From contig VHDH01000004.1 in NCBI GenBank assembly GCA_016871445.1, positions 4,435 through 68,434 of the forward strand: a stretch of DNA of 64,000 nucleotides. Reading direction: 5' to 3'. Position 1 is the first letter of the stretch. Every line of letters begins with the position of its first letter. This stretch comes from Verrucomicrobiota bacterium. GTDB lineage: Bacteria; Verrucomicrobiota; Verrucomicrobiia; Limisphaerales; SXTU01. A program made the translations under genes and the position numbers. The notes beneath the pieces were generated by a model. The model was not told the DNA's origin. It searched no databases and saw only the letters and a program-made list of their open reading frames with translations. Positions 43,329 to 51,200 of the stretch are shown piece after piece.

Positions 43329-45542
43329 CTAGTTGGCGGTGCCACCAGCGGTTTTGCGCTTCTCGATCGCTTCCACAATCTTCTGCGCGTTCGCCACCAT
43401 CTTGCTGTTGGGATAGGTGGAGATGAGCTGGTTGAACTTCACCACCGCCTCGTCGAGTTTCTTCATTTTCACGAGGCAGCGGCCGTAGTTGTAAAGCACC
43501 ACGTCGATGAACTTGCTGTCCTGATACTGCTGGAGCGCCTCCTCGTAGAGGTCCAGCGCGCGGGTGAAGTCCTCCTTGCTGTAGTAATACTCCGCCATCT
43601 TCGAGAGTGCGTCGCCGGCCTGGTTCGAGTTCGGGAATTTCTCGAAGCAGCCCTTAAATGCCAAGAACGCTTCGTCGTAATAGATTTTGTTTTTGGTCGT
43701 GGTGCCGAGTTCCTCGAAACACTCGCCAATGGCGTATTGGGCGGCAGGCGCAAGCGGCGAGTTCTTCAGCGCGGACAACCGGCGAAAGACGCCGATAGCC
43801 TCCTGAAACTTGCCCTGTTTCTGGCTGACTTGGCCCATGAGCAGGAGGGCATCGTCCACGAATGGGCTTTCCGGGAAGCGGCGTTGGAGTTCGAGACACA
43901 TTTGCGCGGCGCGCCCGAGGTCATCCATTGCGTAGTAAATCTTCCACATCTGCACGTAGGTCTGCTCGAGGAGTCGCTGGTTGAGCGCGCCATAACTGCG
44001 CGCGACCTGCTCGGTCTCCGTGAGGGCCTGCTTGTATTTGTCCGTGGCCTGCTTGGTGAGGCCCAGTTCCTTGTAGATGTTGCCAATGTTCTTCAGGGCC
44101 TCGCTGGTCTTGAGCGCGGTTTTGAACTTCAATTCCTCGTCATTGATTTTGGCATTGGCCACCTGAAGCGGGTTCAAGTTTCCCTCAATCACCCGGGCAG
44201 TCGTGCGACGAGCCACCGGCTTGGCCTCCAGGCTGATTTCGTCCTGATACTCAATCTCCAGCAGGTCACCGACCTGCGCGACCACGGCGCCAGGGTTGGG
44301 CGTCTCGCCTTGGCGGGCCATCTGGATGGTGCCAACGAAGACACCGGTGTGAACCGCTCCGCCCGGGGCCGCGCCGTCCAGGGGTTTTTCCACCAGCTTG
44401 ACCTTCTTCTCGTCAATCACCTTGAAAACGGGCTCGGCTTTCTCCAGCGCCTCAAGCGCGGCGGTGGCATTGGCGGCGGGTTTCTCAGCTTTTTCGGTAT
44501 CCGGATTCTCCTCCACGGCGCGCTTGGTGCGGACGATGACTTCAATCTCGTCGGACTTGCCCGAGATGTCGCGGTCCGAGTCCTGGATGAGAAGGAAGGA
44601 GGGTTTGTCCAGCACCACGGCCCCGACGGCCTCCGCGAACGCTCCGTCCACGACCTTCACGCGAGCGTTGCCCACCACCTTGATGTCTTTGGTGCGAACG
44701 ACGTTGAGCTGGGCCTGTGCGGTTTGCTTGTCGGTGTAGGTGACCTTGATTTTGTCAGTGCCGATGAGTTGGACGACGCCGTCGCCAGGCTTGGCATCCC
44801 CCAACTGCGTGCGGAGGCTGCCCATGAGGATGGTCGCCCCGGGGGTAACCGGAAAGCAGGTGACGGACTCCTTGTCGCCCGCGGTGGTCTCGATGCTGAC
44901 GACCACCCCGGACTCACTGGCTTGGGCGGACAGATCCTTGTCATCAATCTTCACGTAGAGCCGCTTGCCGGCGTCGAGCTTCTCGGCCTCCTGCGCCTGC
45001 GGGTCAATCGAGGTGCCGACATTCTTGAAGGCCTCGATGGCGTTCGCGAAGCGGCCCATCTTAAAGTGCGCTTGGCCGATGTAATAATAGGCGTCATTGG
45101 AGTAAGGCGTGCCCGGATGCTGCTTGATGACCTTGCGCAACTCGCCGAACGCCTCCTCAAACTTGCCCATCTCGAAGAAGCAGATGCCCACCTGCAGGCT
45201 CGCGTCCCCGCGCTGATCGTCATCCTTGTTCTCCTCCACGGCCACCCGGCGGAACTGGTCCAGCGCGAGATCGAACTTCTTTTCCTTAAGGAACTGCTTG
45301 CCCATCTTGAGCCGCGCCAGGAAGCGCCAGCGGGAGATTGGGTAGCGGTCGATCACCGCCTTGTAGAGGTCCATGGCCGCGGGCAGTTCGCCGGCCTCGA
45401 ACCGCGCGTCCCCCGCATCAATGAGCGCCTTGGCCTTCTTGTCATCCACCAAGTTCGCCGCGCCACCGCCGACCTGCGCGTGGCCGAACGGCTGACTGTG
45501 GATGACCACCGCAACACCCAGCGCCAAAATCAATTTCCTCAT
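43329..45542 (-). CDS. secreted TPR protein (737 aa) carrying two copies of the same beta-type module as the giant protein
   Basis: Signal MRKLILALGVAVVIHSQPFGHAQ (ATG 45542). TPR pairs at both ends (YYIGQAHFKMGRFANAIEAFKNV; VLYNYGRCLVKMKKLDEAVVKFNQLI). The central modules end in KVTYTDK and IEYQDE. Confidence 0.88.
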   Translation of the reverse strand: MRKLILALGVAVVIHSQPFGHAQVGGGAANLVDDKKAKALIDAGDARFEAGELPAAMDLYKAVIDRYPISRWRFLARLKMGKQFLKEKKFDLALDQFRRVAVEENKDDDQRGDASLQVGICFFEMGKFEEAFGELRKVIKQHPGTPYSNDAYYYIGQAHFKMGRFANAIEAFKNVGTSIDPQAQEAEKLDAGKRLYVKIDDKDLSAQASESGVVVSIETTAGDKESVTCFPVTPGATILMGSLRTQLGDAKPGDGVVQLIGTDKIKVTYTDKQTAQAQLNVVRTKDIKVVGNARVKVVDGAFAEAVGAVVLDKPSFLLIQDSDRDISGKSDEIEVIVRTKRAVEENPDTEKAEKPAANATAALEALEKAEPVFKVIDEKKVKLVEKPLDGAAPGGAVHTGVFVGTIQMARQGETPNPGAVVAQVGDLLEIEYQDEISLEAKPVARRTTARVIEGNLNPLQVANAKINDEELKFKTALKTSEALKNIGNIYKELGLTKQATDKYKQALTETEQVARSYGALNQRLLEQTYVQMWKIYYAMDDLGRAAQMCLELQRRFPESPFVDDALLLMGQVSQKQGKFQEAIGVFRRLSALKNSPLAPAAQYAIGECFEELGTTTKNKIYYDEAFLAFKGCFEKFPNSNQAGDALSKMAEYYYSKEDFTRALDLYEEALQQYQDSKFIDVVLYNYGRCLVKMKKLDEAVVKFNQLISTYPNSKMVANAQKIVEAIEKRKTAGGTAN

Positions 45543-45886
45543 GAGACGTAATGCATTTTTACCCGAAACTTCCGTGAACCTTCTAGCGACTTCATTGTGC
45601 CGGATGCTATTCAGCTTTCCCGGTGCCGGTCGAGGAAGCGTTGAGCGGCTCTGGAAAGGCAATCCGCGCGCGCTGCTCGTCACGGTGACTGTGCGCGTGA
45701 CTCGGCGGCAGCCGGCTTTCAACCACTGTTCCCAGTCCACCAGAAAGAGGCCCAGGCAGGCTCCGAAGGAATGCTCCGGAATGATAGGCGGGCTTCCTCG
45801 TCACTTTTTTCGAATCGGAAATTCTTCGCTGGCGGGCAGGAAACAGATTCCCTCATCCTTACGCCGTGCCGAAGAAAACCGTTGCC

Positions 45887-46861
45887 ATGCCGCAATCACG
45901 TCCGCCGCTGGAGCGGATGCAGCGCATTCACCAAGCGCTGCACGCGGGCGGTCACCCGAACGCAAACACGCTGGCGGCGGAACTGGAAGTAACGACGAAG
46001 ACAATTTACCGCGACGTGGAGTTCATGCGGGACCGACTGGGTCTACCCATCAACTTTGACAAGCTGCGCAATGGCTACTTCTACTCTGAGGAGGTCGGCG
46101 CGTTTCCCACCTTCCAAATCACAGAAGGCGAGCTCTTCGCCTTGATCGTGGCGGAAAAGGCGCTTCATCAGTATCGCGGCACGAGCTTCGAGAAGCCGCT
46201 GCTCTCGGCGATCCGGAAGATGGAGCAAGGTCTGCCAGACACGATCTCGCTCAACCTCGCGGACGTGGAGCAGACGATCTCGTTCCGCACGACAGTGGAG
46301 CCGGTGCTGGATCTCGCAGTCTTTGACACGCTGGCGAAGGCCACGGCCGCGCGCCATCAGCTTGAACTCACCTACCGTAAGCCGGGTCAGGCCGCGCCCG
46401 AACGGCGCGTGGTGGACCCGTATCACTTCGCAAACATTAACGGCGAGTGGTTTCTCTTCGCCCACGATCATGGGCGAAAGGATGTGCGGACGTTCGTGCC
46501 GGCGCGGATCGTTGCGGTGCGGGAGACGGGCCGGAGCTTCCCTCGGCCGCAAAAGTTCTCGCTGGAGAAGCGGCTGCGCGACAGCTTCGGCGTCCACTCG
46601 GCGGAGGGAGAGTTTGACGTTTGCATCCGGTTCGATGCATCGGTGGCAGACTACATACGCGAGAAGCGCTGGCATGCGTCACAGCAGGTGACGAACCAGC
46701 CCGACGGCGGGCTTGAGCTGCGGATGAGGCTGTCGAGTCTGGTAGAAGTAGAGCGCTGGGTGTTGGCCTGGGCGGGCCGTGCGGTGGCGGTGTCGCCGCC
46801 AAAACTGGTAGCCGCGGTGCGCGCCGGAGCGGCGAAGCTGATGGGCCGACATGGGGGCTGA
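45887..46861 (+). CDS. HTH + WYL-domain transcriptional regulator (YafY/PafBC-like)
   Basis: N-terminal RMQRIHQALHAGGHPNANTLAAELEVTTKTIYRDVEFMRDRLGLPI (HTH_11/DeoR-like). Central RVVDPYHFANINGEWFLFAHD (WYL beta-core). C-terminal WCX-like tail. Divergent from the TPR block. Confidence 0.85.
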   Translation: MPQSRPPLERMQRIHQALHAGGHPNANTLAAELEVTTKTIYRDVEFMRDRLGLPINFDKLRNGYFYSEEVGAFPTFQITEGELFALIVAEKALHQYRGTSFEKPLLSAIRKMEQGLPDTISLNLADVEQTISFRTTVEPVLDLAVFDTLAKATAARHQLELTYRKPGQAAPERRVVDPYHFANINGEWFLFAHDHGRKDVRTFVPARIVAVRETGRSFPRPQKFSLEKRLRDSFGVHSAEGEFDVCIRFDASVADYIREKRWHASQQVTNQPDGGLELRMRLSSLVEVERWVLAWAGRAVAVSPPKLVAAVRAGAAKLMGRHGG

Positions 46862-46981
46862 AAACCGAGAGAGTATTCAGTTTTCAGTTAACCTAGTTCG
46901 GTGTCTATTGGTATGTGGTTAGGGTAAGCAACCCCGAGTTGTGGCACTAAAATTTACGAACTGAATCTGAACGCAACGAAC

Positions 46982-48130
46982 ATGAGCCAAGCGCCCGAGC
47001 CCAACCCGCATCACGTCAGCACCTGGAAGTTTCTCGTGGCGCTGGTCGTAGTGCTCGCGCTGGTGGGACTCGGCTCATGGCTAGCCATGCGTAAGGCAGA
47101 AAAAGATTACGCGCGGCGTAACGACGCGCCCAAGGGTCTGGGTCACGCAGCTCCTGCGTCAAAAAATCCCGTCAGCCCGGCCGCGAGCAACCAGAATAAT
47201 CACTCGTGGACCAACGGCATGAAGTGGATTCCGGGCGGCAGATTCTTGATGGGTTCCGAGGAAGGCCAACCGGACGAAAAGCCCGTGCATGAAGTTACCG
47301 TGGACGGCTTTTGGATGGACACCTACGAGGTTACGAATGCGGAGTTTGAGAAGTTTGTGAAAGCCACGGGCTATATCACCATCGCCGAGCGCAAGCCCCG
47401 GCAGGAGGATTTCCCCGACGCACCGCCCGAGGCGTTGGTGCCGGGATCTATCGTCTTCACCCCGCCGCCCGGCGAGGTGCCGCTGCACAATCACATGGCT
47501 TGGTGGCGCTATGTGCCCGGCGCAAGCTGGCGGCGTCCCGAAGGCCCAGACTCGACGATTCAGGGCCGGGAGCAGCATCCCGTGGTACAGGTAGCGTGGT
47601 TCGACGCGATGGCCTACGCGAAGTGGGCTGGGAAGCGTTTACCAACCGAGGCCGAGTGGGAGTTCGCCTCGCGTGGCGGCAAGGAAAAGCTCACTTACAC
47701 TTGGGGCAACGACAAGACGCCCGACGGCAAGTGGCTGGCGAACATCTGGCAGGGCAGTTTCCCAAACGGCAACACCTTGCAGGATGGGCACAAGCTCCAG
47801 TCCCCCGTCGGCACCTACGCACCCAACGGTTACGGCCTCCACGACATGGCGGGCAACGTGTGGGAGTGGACGGGCGACTGGTATATGCCGGATTACTACG
47901 CCAAGAGTCCCAAACTCAATCCCCAAGGCCCGCAGGAAAGCTATGATCCGAACGAGCCCGGCGTCTGGAAGCGCATCACGCGCGGCGGCTCCTACCTCTG
48001 CACCGAGGCCTACTGCTGGGGCTATCGACCTGCAATGCGCATGAAGACCTCGCCCGACACGGGCTTGAACCACACGGGCTTCCGCTGCGTGCGAAATGGT
48101 CCCCCTGCTCCCAATCCCCCCGGCAAGTAG
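46982..48130 (+). CDS. formylglycine-generating enzyme (SUMF1/FGE), membrane-anchored
   Basis: N-terminal TM, HEVTVDGFWMDTYEVTNAEF, HPVVQVAWFDAMAYAKWAGKRLPTEAEWE, GLHDMAGNVWEW, and RGGSYLCTEAYCWGYR with the catalytic C-x4-C pair, then GFRCV. Confidence 0.88.
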   Translation: MSQAPEPNPHHVSTWKFLVALVVVLALVGLGSWLAMRKAEKDYARRNDAPKGLGHAAPASKNPVSPAASNQNNHSWTNGMKWIPGGRFLMGSEEGQPDEKPVHEVTVDGFWMDTYEVTNAEFEKFVKATGYITIAERKPRQEDFPDAPPEALVPGSIVFTPPPGEVPLHNHMAWWRYVPGASWRRPEGPDSTIQGREQHPVVQVAWFDAMAYAKWAGKRLPTEAEWEFASRGGKEKLTYTWGNDKTPDGKWLANIWQGSFPNGNTLQDGHKLQSPVGTYAPNGYGLHDMAGNVWEWTGDWYMPDYYAKSPKLNPQGPQESYDPNEPGVWKRITRGGSYLCTEAYCWGYRPAMRMKTSPDTGLNHTGFRCVRNGPPAPNPPGK

Positions 48131-48162
48131 GGTTGCCGCGGCGCAAGCTTCCTGCCGAGAAG

Positions 48163-48684
48163 CTACCTGCCCGACGACGACAGAAACCGCCGCAGCATCT
48201 CGCGCACGGAGTCGAAGGCGATTTCTTCCAGCGCAATCTCTTCGCGCCGAATCCAGCAAACTTCGCTGACCTCGGCGGGATCGGTTTGCACGGCTTTCGC
48301 AGTGACTCGCCCGAGGAAAAAGAAATCCAGCACCTGATACGTCACGCCGCCATAGTGGTAGCTGTTCGGCAGCGAGCAGAAGTAATCGAGACGCTCGACC
48401 GACAATCCGACTTCCTCGCGGATCTCCCGGCGCAGGGCGTCCTCCGCGATTTCGCCCGCGTCAATGAAGCCGCCGGGCACGGTGAGCTTGCCCCGGTGCG
48501 GATCTTTCGCGCGACGGACGAGGAGGACGGTGTCGTCCGGCGCGAGGAGGACTGCCCCAGACGCGATGGCGGGATTGAAGTAAAAGAGGAAGCCGCACGC
48601 GGCACAGTGGAACGGCGCGTTGCCCGGCTGTGCGGCGGGCTGGCCACACTGCGGGCAATGGCGAAATACGTCAGCGGGCTTCAT
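48163..48684 (-). CDS. NUDIX hydrolase with an N-terminal C4 zinc ribbon
   Basis: CPQCG...CAACG followed by Nudix box GGFIDAGEIAEDALRREIREEVGL. ATG 48684 overlaps the upstream rlmM-like stop by 14 nt. Confidence 0.85.
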   Translation of the reverse strand: MKPADVFRHCPQCGQPAAQPGNAPFHCAACGFLFYFNPAIASGAVLLAPDDTVLLVRRAKDPHRGKLTVPGGFIDAGEIAEDALRREIREEVGLSVERLDYFCSLPNSYHYGGVTYQVLDFFFLGRVTAKAVQTDPAEVSEVCWIRREEIALEEIAFDSVREMLRRFLSSSGR

Positions 48685-49744
48685 CTGTGATTGTAACGGT
48701 GGACGCGGGCGCAAGGGCAACGCTACCCGCCACGCATGCCTCGTTCTTGTTGGCACACAGCCGCACGAGGAAAAACTCTTCCGCCAACGTCGGCAAGGCG
48801 TGTTTCAAGGGATCAAGTTTCGCGTAATCGGCCTGGCCCTTAAACTTGATGGTAACGATGAAGCGGCGGCAACGGCGGGCGCGAAGCCAGTCCAGCAACA
48901 GTCCGACGCTACGCTCCGGCGCGGCGATTACGTCGCAGAGCAGCCAATCCACCGGCATCTCGGGCGCGAACTTAAACGCATCGCCTTGCTGGAAGGTGAC
49001 GAGCGGGTTCGCCATCATGTCCTCGCGTAAGGGCGAGCGATCCACGGCAATGACGTGCGCGCCCCGGTTCACGGCCACGTAAGTCCAGCTCCCGGGGCAC
49101 GCGCCAAGATCCACGCACGTCTCGCCCGCCGCGATGCGTTGCCCGAGCCGCAATTCGGCTTCAAGCAACTTCGCAAAAGCGCGGCTAGGCGCGGCCTTGT
49201 CGACAGCGACCGGAACCTCGCCCTTTACGAACGGCCAGACGCACCGGCGCCAGTGCCACGGTTGCGGCGCGGTGGCAATGGATAGAAACCCCGCATCGGG
49301 TGCAGTAAGCAACAATTGCACGAGCGAAGTCTTCGCGTGAAACGGACCTTCCTCCTCCTCCCAGAAGCGCAACAAATGCCGGCGCTTCCTCCGCAGCAGC
49401 TCACGGAATGCGTCGCGGATGAAGCACATCCGGTTGGCACCCGCCCCTTCCCCGCCGTAGTGCGACGCAAGATGCAGCCGCCACGGCTGGCTCTCTGGCA
49501 GCCGCGCGACGGTCGCTTCGAACAGCCGCTCGCTCCACTCGCGAATGGACACGGCGCTAACGGGCGTCGCGTACGGCAGCGTCTGACGTGCAAAGGCCAG
49601 CAGAGGCGCGGGCGCAGATTGCAACGTCACTGACGACCGCACCAGCTCCGGGGCAAGCAACTCCGTCTCTGCGCCCGCGAAAAAGCGCTTCAACTCGTCG
49701 GCGAGGGGCGATTCGTCGCCCGGTTCAGTGAGAAAGAGATGCAT
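48671..49744 (-). CDS. rlmM: 23S rRNA (cytidine-2'-O)-methyltransferase RlmM-like
   Basis: CVDLGACPGSWTYVAVNRGAHVIAVDRSPL...FQQGDAFKF parallels E. coli RlmM (VDLGACPGGWTY..V.SVDNGPM...DGFKF). N-terminal THUMP-like half. Start trimmed to ATG 49744. Confidence 0.75.
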   Translation of the reverse strand: MHLFLTEPGDESPLADELKRFFAGAETELLAPELVRSSVTLQSAPAPLLAFARQTLPYATPVSAVSIREWSERLFEATVARLPESQPWRLHLASHYGGEGAGANRMCFIRDAFRELLRRKRRHLLRFWEEEEGPFHAKTSLVQLLLTAPDAGFLSIATAPQPWHWRRCVWPFVKGEVPVAVDKAAPSRAFAKLLEAELRLGQRIAAGETCVDLGACPGSWTYVAVNRGAHVIAVDRSPLREDMMANPLVTFQQGDAFKFAPEMPVDWLLCDVIAAPERSVGLLLDWLRARRCRRFIVTIKFKGQADYAKLDPLKHALPTLAEEFFLVRLCANKNEACVAGSVALAPASTVTITDEAR

Positions 49745-49846
49745 AACAGGCTGCGGGCTGTGTGCTGGCCGCGTAACCATACGGAGGAAGCCCGACGCGG
49801 CGCCACTTCGCACTCACTGCGGCTTTCGCGCGATCCCGCTCGAGGC

Positions 49847-51157
49847 TCACGCCAGTTCCAGCCCCCGCATCGTGCCGGTGCTGCTGGCGAACTTGTTGAC
49901 CTCGATGCCGAGGCGATGCAGCACGGAGACATAAAGGTTCGCTAGCGGGTAATTCTGCTTCTCGTCAAAGGCGAGATGCTGCCCGTGCTTGAAGCCGCCG
50001 CCGATGAGCAGCATCGGCATGTTCTTCGTGTCGTGGCTCGACGCGTTGCCAAGGTTTGAGCCGTAAAGCACCGAGGTGTTGGCCAGCAAGTCGGAGCCGG
50101 ATTCCTTCGACGCCTTAAGCTTCGCGATGAAACCCGCGAGCAGCTTCATCTGCTCCAGCTCGATGATGCGGAGCTGGGCGAGCTTCTCTGGGTCTTTGCC
50201 GTGATGCGAGAGATTGTGCCAGTCAATCGTGATGCCCTTCACCGGCGGCACGCTGTTGTGGCCTGCGATGGCAAGCGTGATGATGCGTGTGGAATCGGTT
50301 TGGAGCGCGAGGTGCGCAAGGTCGAACATCAACTGCGTGCGCGCCACGAAGTCCGCGGCATTCTGCACGTCGGTCGGCGGCGGGACGTTTACAGAAGGCT
50401 TTGGCTTCTGCGCCCACGCCTCGGCGAGCTTCAGGCGTTGCTCCACCTCGCGGACCGACGTGAAATACTCGTCAAGCTTGTCGCGGTCACGCGCGGTCAC
50501 GCGGGTGGCGGGACGCCTCGCATCGCCGGCCACGGTGTCCATGATGCTCTGCCCGTCGCGGAGGCGTTCACTCTGCTGGGAAACGTCCTTGGCCGTGCCA
50601 TTTACGAAAAGCTTCTTGAACACCTCGCTCGGACGATAGTCTGCTGGCACCTTCACGCCACTGCGCGAGACAGATAGGCCGACGTCGCCGTTGCCGGTGT
50701 TCAGCACGAGGCTCCCGAAGCGCATCGCGGGCGGGAGTTTTTCCAACACGAACTGGTCTAGGGAAATCTTATTGCGAAAACTGCTGGCGCCAGAATGCGG
50801 TGCTGCGCTGAGGAAACTCGCCTCGCTTGAGTGCCCGCCGTCTACCTCGGGGTGCGAGACGCCCAAGAAAATCGTCAGGTCATGGGAAAAGTCTTTCAAC
50901 GGCTCCAGATAAGGCGTCAGCGCGAAGCCGCGCCCTGCTTGCTTGGGGAACAGATTCTCTCCGTGGATACCCAGTGTGGTGCAGCAAGCCAACCGGCGAA
51001 TTGGTTTATCGGCGGACGCGGCGCGTGTGGCGGACGTGAAGGATTCCAACGCCAGCAGCGCGAGTGAAACGCCAGCGGCGCGGAGGAATGAGCGACGACA
51101 GTGCGTTCTCACGGGTGGTATGTGCAGGGAAGACACAGGCGTGTCAACTGCGCTCAC
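49847..51157 (-). CDS. DUF1501 (sulfatase-like, alkaline-phosphatase superfamily) protein with a Tat signal
   Basis: GTG start and twin-arginine CRRSFLRAAGVSLALLALES. SHPEVDGGHS, HHGKD and LLIGGGFKHGQHL follow the DUF1501 layout. Confidence 0.82.
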   Translation of the reverse strand: MSAVDTPVSSLHIPPVRTHCRRSFLRAAGVSLALLALESFTSATRAASADKPIRRLACCTTLGIHGENLFPKQAGRGFALTPYLEPLKDFSHDLTIFLGVSHPEVDGGHSSEASFLSAAPHSGASSFRNKISLDQFVLEKLPPAMRFGSLVLNTGNGDVGLSVSRSGVKVPADYRPSEVFKKLFVNGTAKDVSQQSERLRDGQSIMDTVAGDARRPATRVTARDRDKLDEYFTSVREVEQRLKLAEAWAQKPKPSVNVPPPTDVQNAADFVARTQLMFDLAHLALQTDSTRIITLAIAGHNSVPPVKGITIDWHNLSHHGKDPEKLAQLRIIELEQMKLLAGFIAKLKASKESGSDLLANTSVLYGSNLGNASSHDTKNMPMLLIGGGFKHGQHLAFDEKQNYPLANLYVSVLHRLGIEVNKFASSTGTMRGLELA

Positions 51158-51200
51158 GATTGGATTTACAATGCATTCGAACTAATCGCTAAGCCAGCCA

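Noticed and set aside
43283-43378. ORF-track N-terminal extensions produced by TTG/GTG or upstream ATG starts (this example, and those at 2866, 20906, 30639, 31798, 33906, 35721, 45740, 54339)
   Set aside because: In each case an internal ATG gives a canonical signal peptide, lipobox or known N-terminal motif. Several of the extensions would overlap the upstream gene.
43023-45551. 842-aa plus-strand ORF (with the similar 41408-43246 612-aa and 32477-33877 466-aa ORFs) running antisense to the TPR genes
   Set aside because: The composition is Arg/Ala/Gly/Leu-rich with no motifs. They fully shadow minus-strand genes that have signal peptides, TPR periodicity and repeated modules. This is the typical stop-poor antisense frame of a high-GC genome.
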